A stretch of DNA of 64,000 bases from contig NC_042997.1 in the NCBI RefSeq assembly GCF_006345805.1, positions 12,834,001 to 12,898,000 on the forward strand, in the 5' to 3' direction. The DNA comes from Octopus sinensis (Eukaryota). Position 1 is the first letter of the stretch; every line of letters begins with the position of its first letter. This document shows, piece after piece, positions 25,468-37,230 of the stretch. The notes under the pieces are model-generated. The model was not told the DNA's origin and ran no database searches. It worked only from the letters and a program-made list of their open reading frames with translations. The position numbers and the translations under genes are program-made.

Positions 25468-25625
25468 TGTGTGTGTTTGTGTGTCTATGTTTGTCCCCCT
25501 AGCATTGCTTGACAACCGATGCTGATGTGTTTATGTCCCCGTTACTTAGCGGTTCGGCAAAAGAGTCCGATAGAACAAGTACTGGGCTTACAAAAAAGAA
25601 TAAGTCCCGGAGTGGAGTTGTTCGG
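25256..25625 (+). mobile_element. SINE family A, 3'-truncated
   Basis: Head AGGCGCAGGAGTGG through GAATAAGTCCCGG. Confidence 0.85.
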
Positions 25626-25639
25626 TAAACACGGCCCAC

Positions 25640-27047
25640 TGTTTTAGTGATTATATTAAGATGGAATTGAGGTTCAAATAGTGCGGTATAATGATCCTGA
25701 AAAGAGGCAAGCTATAGTCCCTCACAGGGATAGAATTACAAAATAAAGAAGGGATGAAACAAATTGAAAAGGAGGTTTTAAACACTTTGGTATACTAAAA
25801 TTCAACAATAACATGGAGAAGGAAATGGAAGAATATTTCGAAGACCAAGATTAGTGTTCCGCTCAAAATTCACTGAATGGAATAAAATTCAAGTAGTAAA
25901 TAAATGGGCGATCACATTACTTCGGAACCATAAAATGACAAAAGAAAGACAGAAAATATTGACAGTGCACAGAGCATTCCATCCCAAGAATGAAGATGAT
26001 AGATTGTACCTATCCAGAAGAAAGTTTAGGAGTGGTTTGATCAATTGCCAGGACTGAGTTGGCGCAGAGGAAAACAGCTGAAGGTAGTGTGTAAATATGC
26101 CGTTGAAACATTGCTAAAACATGTGAAGAAGTCCGGCATCAGAAGAATTGATAATTATGTAAAGAAAGAACTTAAAGAGGAAAAGAACATGAAAGCAGAT
26201 ATAGTTTGGTAAGAAAAATATGTACGGTCATTTCGCAAGAGATACGAGAACCAAAACTGATACAGAAGACCGGTAGTTATGGACGTCGAGAAGTGACCTT
26301 AAGATACAGATAGAATCACAAGAACAAGCGTTAAGAACGAACAGTGTAAAATACAGAATTGACAACACGACGGAGAATGACAAACGCAGAACTTGTGGCG
26401 AGAGGAGTGAAGCGGTATGGTATATTGTTAGTGGAAACCCGAAATTGGCACAACGAGAATACAAAAGATGACATGACAATATGGCAAGAATGATCCATCG
26501 GTAGATATGTGGAAATTACGGCTTGCAGAGAGCAAAGATGTGGTGCGACCAAATCCCAGAAAGAATTACTAGGAATGAAGATTGCAAAATCCTGTGGGAT
26601 GCAATAATTCAGTATGATCAGTAGAACAAACTTTAGAAACCTGACATTGTTGTTGTGAACAAAAAAGAATTCCATGATAATCAACATAGCTTGTCCTGGT
26701 GACAACAGAATCAAAGAAAAATAAGAAAAGGTGAAGAACACTGACGATGCGAAATGGAAAATACGCAGGCTGTGAGCAATGAAGAGAGTGGACGTGATAC
26801 CATAGTAATTGGCGTGCTTTGAAGCTGTACCACTCAATTACCCACACGGCTCAGAAAGATCGGTACGCATGTAAAGATAGAACGCCTAAAAATCATTACT
26901 TGGAACTGCAAGAGTTTCTGCAGGATTTTTCAAGCATGATCTATAAACAAGTATTATCTTAGACTGCTGACTGTGGACAACTAACACATTTCGTCATACC
27001 CAGCAAAATAAGCTGAGAGTTTTCATTAAATAATAATAATAATAATA

Positions 27048-27105
<58 letters not shown>
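25640..27105 (+). mobile_element. Decayed R4/Dong-like (RLE) non-LTR retrotransposon 3' part
   Basis: CGIMILKRGK, NKIQVVNKWAITLLR, decayed CCHC, KILWD...KPDIVVV; ends in (TAA)n; many stops and frameshifts. Confidence 0.8.
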
Positions 27106-27109
<4 letters not shown>

Positions 27110-27113
27110 CACA

Positions 27114-27416
27114 AAATGCCGAGTCTGTAACGATGAGATTGAAACTATAGACCACCTAATCTCAGAGTGTAGAGTCTTAGCACCTGTAGGATATAAAGCA
27201 AGACATGACAAAGTCGGCCAGTATTTACATTGGACAATATGTCGGCATTATAAAATCAAAACCGCTGACAAATGGTATTAACACCATCCTGAAGCTGTGA
27301 CTGAGGGAGAAAATGTGTCGATTCTATGGGACTTCCCCGTACATACCGACAAGACTATAAAAGCTAATAAACCGGATATTATTATAAAAGATCAGACAAA
27401 AAGATGTGTTTATTAA
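27114..27416 (+). mobile_element. Second R4/Dong-like fragment (zinc knuckle plus RLE start)
   Basis: KCRVCNDEIETIDHLISEC...RHDKVGQYLHW...ILWDFPVHTDKTIKANKPDIIIKD. Confidence 0.85.
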
Positions 27417-27419
27417 TTA

Positions 27420-29182
27420 ACATTTAAGGTGGAGTACTTACGCAGACTGAGATTGATCCTTAAGTCGAAATAAAACGGACGGAATAAGATCGAAGCAGTT
27501 AACACTTGGGAGGTTTCACTCCTTAGATATGGAACAGGGGTAATCGCATGTACAGCAGATGAACTAAACAGCTTAGACAGAAAGACAAGGAAGTTGCTAA
27601 CTAGATATGAGTCACTCCACACAAAAAGGTGATACAGACAGACTGTATGTAACAAGAAAAAAAAGTGAGGGTTTGAGGATTCATTGGATGTGAATACAGC
27701 ATTAGAACAGAAGAAAACAACATAGCATGGTATGTAAAAAAAAATGCCACAGGACCGCTATTATTAGAAGTAGGAAAGTCAGGCTTGTGTAGCATGAACG
27801 ATTGCAAAGATAAAGCACTATACAAGAAATTTAAAACGAATGAAACTGAAAATAGGTGGGCAAAGAAAAGGGATGTTGAAAATAAGACAGACAGAGAAAA
27901 AGGATGGCTGTGGATGACTAAAAATGATTTAAAACAGGAAACGAAGGCTCTAATCTGTGCTGCCCAAGAGTAATCAGTAAGAACAAACTACATAAAGTAC
28001 AGTACAGACAAAACAGCAAAAAGTGATAAGTGCAGAATCTGTGGACAAAACGGTAAAAGAGTATGGCATGTTACCAGTCAACGCACGCCACTAGCCAAGA
28101 AGGAATACAAGAGAGGTCACGACAATATAACCAGGCTTGTCCATTGGACACTTTGCAACAAGTATGGTCTTTTCAGTCAAAACATTGGTACGACAACAAA
28201 CCTGAAGACATCGTCGAAAATAGAAATGCAAAGATCCTATGAGATTTTATGATTCAGTGCGATCATGAGATTGAGAAAAGGAAGCCGGACATAGTCTTAA
28301 TTGAGAAACAAAACAAACTATGCTGGGTCATAGATATAGCATGCTCAGCAGAGAAAAAGGTACGCGATAAGGAAGAAAGAAGAGTCGAGAGATATGACAG
28401 GTTAGCTTGGTATATGGGAGGTCATCAAATCTAAGTAGAGACTTCAAACTTGAAATATTCAAAGCCACAGTCGAACCAATTCTACTATATGGCTCAGAAA
28501 CCTGGACGTTATCAAAGAAGCTTGAGAGGCGGTTGGATGGAACCTACACTCGCCTCCTTATGAGAGCCCAAAATCTCTCGTGGAAGCGCCATCCAATCAA
28601 AATGCAAATATATGGGAAATTACCACCTGTGTCATCTCTTGTGAAAGGTAGGAGAGTCCAGTTTGCTGGACATTGTTGTAGAGCTGAAAAAGAAGTAATT
28701 TCTACTCTTCTCCTCTGGAAGCCATCTACTCGCAATACCAGAGGGCGCACACTCTCCTACCCTGATGTAATCTCCAGGGATACAGGCATCCAGCAACAGG
28801 ACCTCCGTAATGCTATGATGGACCGTGAAGTCTGGCGTAACATAGTAAATTCCATTGTCTCGACCACGGTCGAACAATGATGATGATAGCTTGGGAAGTT
28901 AAGCAGTTTGGTCGATGAAAAAGGTAGCAGTGTTACCAATAATTGTCGGAGCCCTGGAAATAGTGAGCAAAAATCTCGAGAAGTACGTAGAAGAAATATG
29001 GGCAGCAATAAGTGTGGAGCACTTGCAGCAGACAGCACTGATTTGAACCACTCGAATACTCCGGAAGGTACTCGAAAAATACGAGGTGTTACCTTAGTTC
29101 ACTGGTAGGGAACAGCTGACACTGTAGTACATCCCCAGCGGTAGAATCTGTGCAAAGGCAACAACAACAACAACAATAATGA
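27420..29182 (+). mobile_element. Third R4/Dong-like fragment, interrupted by an RTE insertion
   Basis: EYLRRLRLILKSK..NKIEAVNTW..LLRYG; CRICG..WH; RKPDIVLIEK..IDIAC; frame resumes after 28894 as LAWEVK..PIIVGALE..RILRKVL; (CAA)n tail. Confidence 0.85.
28411..28886 (+). mobile_element. 5'-truncated RTE-clade LINE with target-site duplication
   Basis: ORF FKATVEPILLYGSETWTL...RRVQFAGHC...DREVWR; (TGA)3 tail; TSD TAGCTTGG at 28403-28410 and 28887-28894. Confidence 0.9.
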
Positions 29183-29185
29183 TTT

Positions 29186-30270
29186 TATTTATTTGCCACA
29201 AGGGCGAAGGATGACGGGGACAATACAAACACAGACATAAAGGGTCAGGATTTACATATAACGAAATGATAAAGAAAAATGTAAGTATACAGGGTATACA
29301 CTGAAAAAGAAAGGAGAGATGCATAGCATACAAACGTTAATAAAAAAATACCGAGGAGGATGATGGAGATATGTCTCTCCATATACATGAAGGCCTCTAG
29401 GGATAATCGAAGAACCCCACTGTTCGAAACCTTCCCCAACCCCCAAGAGCAAGTGCTCTCTCTAATTGCTTCTCTTCCACTCACAGGTCTGCACTCAAAG
29501 AGGCACCCTCTACTCTTTGCCCTTTTCGCAACTTTGACCCACTTTTCAATAAACTCACTCGAGGACGACACTTCCTTCTCCACTCTCAATTTCATTTTCA
29601 AGTGAAACTTGAAGAAGTCAATGTGAACTCTACCAAAGAGGAATGTATCTGTTCTCATTCCTCATTCCTCATTCCTTTCAGATTTGTCCACCAAACAACT
29701 TCTTTCGCCACAGCCACCAGACAAAGGAAAACTGTTTTGTCTGCCGGATTGAAGGAGCGCTGCAGGGCAATTATCACTACAGCCTCGGCCGACAGACGGA
29801 TCCGTCCCACACGTAACAGCAGCTGTTCGACATAACCCCGCAGCCACATCTGAATCAGGCAACCTGAGGTAGTTTCGCAAGTGACCTTATTCCAAGCTGA
29901 GCCAGGCCGCGAACATTCACACACACCACTCTGAAAACGACCAAGTTTATCAGAGTGACAAAATGGAAAAATGTCACCGAAAACCTCTGAGTGGATTTCG
30001 TTAACGGAACAGAAACGAAAGATTATTACACTTTCCGGCTCGATTCCCAACCATGAAAAACTGAAACCATGGTCAATATCCATCCAGATCTTTCTTATTC
30101 TACCCCTATGTCTGTTGGATCGGTTTGAAGAATCCAACTTGCGAGTCTTTTCTACCCAATATCCTACCCACATACTTGAGCTGTGATTACTCAAGACAGA
30201 GGCGTAGCCGCTCCACCTGGAAAAACTCTTTGATCTTTGAGCTACGCACCATGTCAAGTAACATTACACG
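29186..30270 (-). mobile_element. Tx1/L1-clade LINE 3' fragment
   Basis: YVEQLLLRVGRIRLSAEAVV...VFLCLVAVAKEVVWW..LKG and FFKFHLKMKLRVEKE..FIEKWVKV; T-rich 3' UTR ending AAATAAATAAAAT. Confidence 0.75.
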
Positions 30271-30744
30271 AAAGATCCTTCGGATGAACCCCGTTTCAGC
30301 CAAAATTGCGAGAGGATATTTGTAACGAAGAAGTATTAAAAATACGTATTTAAAAAATTAATCAAAATTATATACATTCATATCAGGAAGTAATAACACT
30401 GTGCTAGTCAGGCTATAGAAAACATAAACATTAAAGGAAAAAGTGTCTGTAATATTATATATAAAAGGTTTGGTGATTGAGCGGAATGAATGTGAAATTG
30501 TACAAATCTCTCTGAATTTAAGCATTTGTACAGCATTTGATTTCTATTAACAATAGTAATGTTGACGTTATTAGTCATACTACAATAATCATAGAAACGG
30601 GAGTTCATAAGAAATTTCATAAAATATCACGAAATAAAAATAAATAAAAACTGCACCCGTGAACACACACACATACACACACACATATTCTCTCACACAC
30701 ATACATTGGAATGTATGTGCATGAGCATGTATATGTATATTTTC

Positions 30745-31150
30745 TTCCTGCCTTTAACCATCCAAAACGGAGAATAGGCCACTTATAGCTGAATTCTATG
30801 TCACATAATTTTTCGCTTCTGTATTTATACTCTGCCATGAATGTTCCCCTTTCTCTGATTTCTTCTGTGTTGATCCTACGCCACGACTTCTTAGGCCTAC
30901 CTTTCTTTCTATATCCATACGGATTCCACTGTAAAGTACTTTTCGCTACATTTGGTGTGTCTTTTCTAATTGTGCTACAAATCCACTTACACTTTTTCTT
31001 AAACATTTGCTCCCTAATCGAAACTTGATTTGTTCTTTGCCATAGCTCCATATTGCTTAAGTGTTCGGGCCATCTAATTTTAAGTATACTACGCAAGCAT
31101 CTGTTGATGAATGATCGTATTTGCTTATTTGACTTAACCGTTGTTCGCCA
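30745..31150 (-). mobile_element. RTE-clade LINE 3' fragment (decayed)
   Basis: FINRCLRSILKIRWPEHLSNMELWQRT...LQWNPYGYRKKGRPKKSWRR. Confidence 0.85.
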
Positions 31151-31984
31151 GTATATATGTATATATCTATCTCAAACTGATTTTATTGTTCTATTGTGTC
31201 CTTTTATATCCTGCAATGTAGCAGTTCAAAATATAGTGGATAAAATGAGTGCCAAACTGAAATATGTACAGTGAACGATATGACCGACTAAATCCCTTGA
31301 ATATTATGGCCTATCATGGCCTGAATCCAGTGAATGATATCACTAATTTATTGTTTTGTTAACTCACTACTTAACCATAAAGAGAAACTATATTCAGTAC
31401 TTTATGTTGTTCATATTTCGATCAAAGTATGTACTTTATCAGAAATATAACATGCTACAATGTGTATAAGAGAGACACTGCCAGCAGCGTTTACAGGGTA
31501 AGAAAATAACAATGAGTTCAAAAGAAATAAATAAAAAGGAAAATGTTTCTCTATTGGTTCATGGCTAATCAGTATAAACTGTTAGTGTCGCAGTGAGAAA
31601 CTATTTCTCAATGTGAATTAAACAGGTGCAAATATATAATGTATTTTCTTCTCGGTGCACTTTCAACACTTTCTCGGAATATAGAAGAATAAGAATTCTT
31701 AGTGAAACCTATATAGTAGAATTGTTAGTGAACAATATTATATTTATATAATAAGCTAATTTCACTCTTTATGCGTAGGCATACTTGTAATTTGTAACTA
31801 CAATTATATATGCTAAAAACATATTCTGTGCTGCGACTGCTTTTGAAATGATTTATGCTACTAAAATTATTTTCGTTTGTATTCGTGACAAATTTAAATT
31901 TAATTTCGATAGCAATTCTGTTCAATAGAAAACTTCTAATTCCAAAACGCTAAAAATTACAGTCGAAATATATTGGTTTCAAAA

Positions 31985-32166
31985 TTTTGGTAAAAGACCA
32001 GTGATTGCTGGAGAGGGGATAAGTCGATTACATCGACCCGAGCATCAACTAGTACTTATTTTCTTGACACCGAAAGGATGGATTGCAAATTCAACCTCGG
32101 CAGAATTTGAACTCACAGCGTACAAACAGGCGAAATGGTGCTAACGATTCTGCTAGCCCACCGCCT
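31985..32166 (-). mobile_element. SINE family C, degenerate
   Basis: CCGAAAGGATG...CAACCTCGGCAGAATTTGAACTCA on plus strand. Confidence 0.7.
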
Positions 32167-34754
32167 TCGATATATATTAATGTTAATTTCATAACGTCAG
32201 TTTCATTAAAATAAAATATTAAGTTAGTTTCAATGCTACGTATAACGTTATATGCTTGAAACTGCGTGTGTTTGTGTGTGTTCGAATTAAGAGAGTGTGT
32301 ATTGCTGCAAAATGTATATACATCACCTTAGATAATCTCTGAGTTTCTTCACACAAATGTTTGTGTTTTATGCCACTTTATACCTATTAGCATGAGGATG
32401 AAATCACATCCCTTAATTGCTCGGATGATCGTAATTCAGTGCTGAAGTCGGTATAGATATATGCCAATATTAGGTTGATTACGTGCTCCTTAATGGCCTG
32501 TCTATGTATTGTTCACTAGTAGTTTCACAGTGGCATTTTCTGAAGATTGTTCAATATTTTCCCATTCTGAATATTGTTGTCATTTCACATAATTACCAAA
32601 GAGACTTATCTGAAAGAGCGTCCAGGTATAAGTAAGTCACTTTCTCTAGAGTATAGTGTCTCCCTATATTTTGGGCAGGTGAGTGTACCTCATCCTGATA
32701 ATATGTGGTTAATAATTTCAGAAAATACACCCTCATATCCATGACCTTTGTCATCAATATTATAGAGAATGTTGATATTTCTCTCCACATTTCCAGTTTG
32801 ACTCTTGTCTCATTGAGGGGATGAACCTAATTTTAAAAATAAAACTATATATGGAATATTGTTCTGTCTAGGGTCACAAAAATATTTTCAACTCACATAA
32901 ATAAACGTGCAAACCAAATACAAAAACGATGTAGGAAATATTTCGATCGCAAAAATATTGGATGTCTAAAGGCATGCAATTATACTTGTTCCCCAGTGTT
33001 AAATTGTGAGTCTTAAGAATGTCAGATTTTGCTGCCTTATATAAAATACTGATGTGTTTATCATTTGCAATGTATATATAAGCATATAAATGTGCTAACT
33101 GTAATATTTTGTTTCAAAGTTAATTGTGCGTTAAAAAACTGAGAGCGTTCTCAGAGTGTCGTGAGCGGAGCACAAGATAGTGTTGCAACATCATTTGTTC
33201 TCCTTAGTGATGAATATACACCACTACATTGTGTGTTAAGTTAGAAAAGAATTATTCTGATATAGAAATAAGTAAAAAGCATTTATAAACTTGTATAAAA
33301 ATTGACCAGGCTAAACTTACTTCGATATATGCACTTTAAAGAGCATTGGATTAAAATAAAGTGTACGTATAATACTTATACTTTTTATACAAACGTAGAA
33401 CGACGCTGGATATAACTTTTTTGTATCAGAGAAACTTATGGAAGAAACATGTGTATTAAATGCCGTGCAGAACGTCCCTCAAAATGTTGTCTGTGGATCA
33501 TTAAGCACGTTGTTTTGCTCTCGCGACTATCTTGACATTGATGAGAAGAATGTGAGTTCTTGCAGTGCGTGTTATTTGCTTTCTGTTCGGGTTAAAACTT
33601 TTCGATATTGTTCTTACTGATTCCACAAATGTATAATTCTTTGCTGTAATCTACCACTACTGTGTTCCAAAACGATGGACTGGTTCAAATGATTGTGTTC
33701 AATTGACTTGTTCGTCAGCATCGGACAAAGTTTTTGTAGCTGTACAGCGCAGCAAACTGAATTCAACAGATTCTGGTTTAAGTTGCGGTAACTCATAACT
33801 AGCATTGCTTAACTCTGTTATACTCATTAGACTGTCCTCAATTTATCAGAGTTTTGCTAAAACTAAATTTGGTGAACAGAAGCAGTATAACTTTTGAAAG
33901 CGAGTATTGAGAGAGCCCAGCAGAGAATTTTGGCAACAACTACCCGGGATACGGTGCAATATTGCTGTGTATCGGCAAAGAAAACGGAGCTAAGCAACAG
34001 CAGCACACACTGCTGGAAAGAACTCTCAAAGATATAAGGAGAGGACAACATGTAACTATTATAAGGTATTCCAGGAGAATGAAGGTCCTTTTCACAACCT
34101 AAGCGTTCGTGTTGAAATTCTATAGTTCCTATACTTGATAAGGAACTCAAACTTTATCTAACATATTTGCGGAGAAGAAATTTTCTTGTTAACATAGAGT
34201 GAGCTCTATCAAAGATGAACATTTGGTATATCTTGCCTGATTTATTTTGCAGGCTAGCGGCAGCTCCACCCCACGTTAAAACGAACTGCGAAGGAGTTTT
34301 ACTTTGTGATCTCTCTGATATCCCTCGAGGTTAGACAGAAGAATATAGAGAAGATCCTAGATCTTATCTACCTGCCTAATGGAGTGGAACTTTGTGTTGC
34401 ATTTAAGGGCATAAAGATACCAATTGTGGTGCTCGAAAGCTCTTAAGAGCGTTGTCCTAAAAATAAAAACAAAAACAGGAGAGAGATCTCTAGTACTAAC
34501 GATCGCAGCTCCAACAGCAGCAGCAGTGCACAGCAGTCACTGCAATAATTTTGTATTAGAGTTTTCTTTATACAGAAAGGACTGCGGATCATTTGAATAT
34601 ATCCCTTTGTCAAAGGTAGAAGAGATCTATTTTTAGAAATTCTGAGATGCTTACACATTTTTAACAAATAGTAGTATTCAATATCTATATCAGTTGGAAG
34701 ATATTCCCTCGGATTTGAGAAGAAGCGTTGTTCACTATATCAAATAAAATAAAT

Positions 34755-34991
34755 GCGCCCTTTTAAAGCTCAGTCAGGCTTCTGAGCCTGGTTTCCCGGT
34801 TTCAATGGCGTATGTGTTCCCCAGCGGGGCGGGACGCCAGTCCATCGCAGCGTTACTCATTTTTGCCACTGGAGCAATGTGAAATGAAGTGCTTTGCTGA
34901 AGAACACAACGCGTCGCCCGATCCAGGAGTCAAAACCACAATCTTACGATCATGACGCTGACACCCTAACCACTAAGCCACGCGCCTCCAC
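34755..34991 (-). mobile_element. tRNA-derived SINE, head-2 with GCGATGGACTGGCGTCCC block
   Basis: Head GTGGAGGCGCGTGGCTTAGTGGTTAGG; central block recalls V-type SINE domain (from memory). Confidence 0.75.
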
Positions 34992-36109
34992 TGCTCACAA
35001 TATTACCAGCAGTATTTACCAGAATTATTTTTGAAAAAAAAGCAAAATAGGAATCAAGCAGGTAAGATTCCTAGCTTAAATACTTATACAATAAAGCACA
35101 AAAATAACTGTATTGTAAGTTTCAATTTCATTGAACAAAAAAGTTTTTTAAAAATATAATACAAACAACAATTAAATTTGTTGACCAAACGTAGCCGTTA
35201 ACCTCGAACCTGTTCGAGAAAAAAAACGGAATGACGTGTTCAACGTGTATCAAAGAAAACAATTCATTATGCGACATTTTGCTGGACTTCTTGCCCTGCA
35301 AAATATGAAGATGGTGACATAAGGCACATGGTTAAAAAAAAAGTGCAGGAGCTTTCTTTTGTTACTGTAATGATTAACTGAAGGGAGTTCTTGCTATTAC
35401 AGGATGCGCGTTAGATTAACCGTTAAGGGCACAAGGAAATATGGAACTGAACAAACTTGCAAAGAGACATGTGGCTATGTAGTTACTACATTCTACCTAC
35501 AGAGAAGAGCAATAGTAGATGTTACATTTACACAACTGTAGACACATTTCTAAGCGCCAATATACAGTATAGAATGTAGCAACATGCAGTCGTGCGGGAT
35601 TTCATGGATATCCAGAAGCTAATGAACAAGGATAGCCATAAGTCAATTCGTAGCTGTACACCATTTATTTATCAGAAACTAAATGAATCAGATTGCTAGT
35701 GCGGGGCAGATGGTATATCAGTTACACTTGTGATATCAGGGACCATTTGAAGGTCATCGTACTAGCAACAGAAAGCAGAATCAATGGTAAATAGCTTGAG
35801 AACGAACAGCAGTGGTAGTATTGGCAACAATGTTAGGCTCTAGACGTGAATACCATGATTGCTGCTACCAACAATTCCAAAATACCATGGAACTACCCTC
35901 CATAGCTATACAGCGAATGCAAATGAAATCGCCTTAACCTTAGTACTATGAGATTGAAGGAGAGACCATAATTGATAAGCTAAAGAAATACCGCTCCAGG
36001 AGAGAATCGGCTACATCTTATGGTTAGCTGTGTGCCGTCACCTTTGGATGGACATATGGGACTATAAACAGGTCAAAGCTATAAAGAATGGTTTTACAAG
36101 AAAGGTTAG

Positions 36110-36185
36110 GAGGTAACGATTAAGAATGCAGGTTACTAGCCCCAAGATTCCGAATTCGGTTCCAATCAGTGACCTGAACATCATC
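36110..36185 (+). mobile_element. Degenerate head of the tRNA-headed HHR SINE
   Basis: TTAAGAATGCAGGTTACTAGCCCCAAGATTCCGAATTCGGTTCCA..AGTGACCTGAA aligns to 62713-62772. Confidence 0.6.
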
Positions 36186-36225
36186 AACCCTAATCTCAGC
36201 AGCGTATGTTCAGGACATATTTTTT

Positions 36226-36405
36226 AGGTGCAGGAGTAGCTGTGTGGTAAGTAGCTTGTTTGCCAAACACATGGTTCCGAGTTCAGTGCAACTGCGTGGC
36301 ACTTTGGGCAATTGTCTTCTACTATAGTCTCGGGCCGACCAAAGACTTATGAGTGGATTTGGTAGACGGAGCCCGAACGAAGCCCGTCATATATATGTAT
36401 ATAAA

Positions 36406-36437
<32 letters not shown>

Positions 36438-36574
36438 TCTCCCCAACATCGCTCGACAACCGATGCTGGTGTGTTTAAGTCTCCGCAACTTAGCGGTTCG
36501 GCAAATAGAGAACGATAGTATAAGTACTAGGCTTACAAAGAATAAGTCAAATGACTGAAACAAGTAAAAGAGTA
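36226..36574 (+). mobile_element. SINE family A with 3' internal deletion
   Basis: Head, body, tail. Confidence 0.85.
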
Positions 36575-37054
36575 AGCAAAGTGCGATAACCTCATCGTCT
36601 TCAAGCAGAGTGCCTGTAATTTATGGAACACTGAACGAACAAACTTAGTGCACTTGATTAAATACTGATCCTAAAATAGGATATGAGAGGGTATCAAAGG
36701 GTGTACAATGATATACGGCTGGGCTGATGAAAACTATATCGATAGTCTATCTTTATTCCAGGTATAATAATTAGAGAATACGAAACGATTCACTCAGAAT
36801 GTGAGTACTCAGTTCTCACTCTTGCGTAGGAGGATTGCCCGTAGTTGTTTTCATAGACTTAATATATTGTACCATGTTTCAGACATGTACACACACACAA
36901 ACACGCACAATGATTTATATATTGATAATCACTATATATATATATATATATATATACTCGCTACTCGTTTTGTAATAACTTTTGTACAAATTGTTTTATA
37001 TTAACTGCATGTGAATTTGTGTCTAATAAAAGTAATTAGTTGTCGATATTATTA

Positions 37055-37129
37055 TTTATTTTGCAATTATTACGATTATTATTATTATCATCATCCTCAT
37101 TATTATTATTATTGTTATTACTATTATTA

Positions 37130-37190
<61 letters not shown>

Positions 37191-37230
37191 CATCATCATC
37201 ATCATCATCATTATTATTGTTATTGATGTT
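37055..37230. repeat. (TAT/CAT)n microsatellite
   Basis: Direct reading. Confidence 0.9.

Noticed and set aside
28202-28225. CTGAAGA...GAAAA
   Set aside because: Part of LINE coding sequence with no helices
36724-36797. CTGATGA...GAAACGATTC
   Set aside because: No helix II, wrong 16.1 base; likely chance
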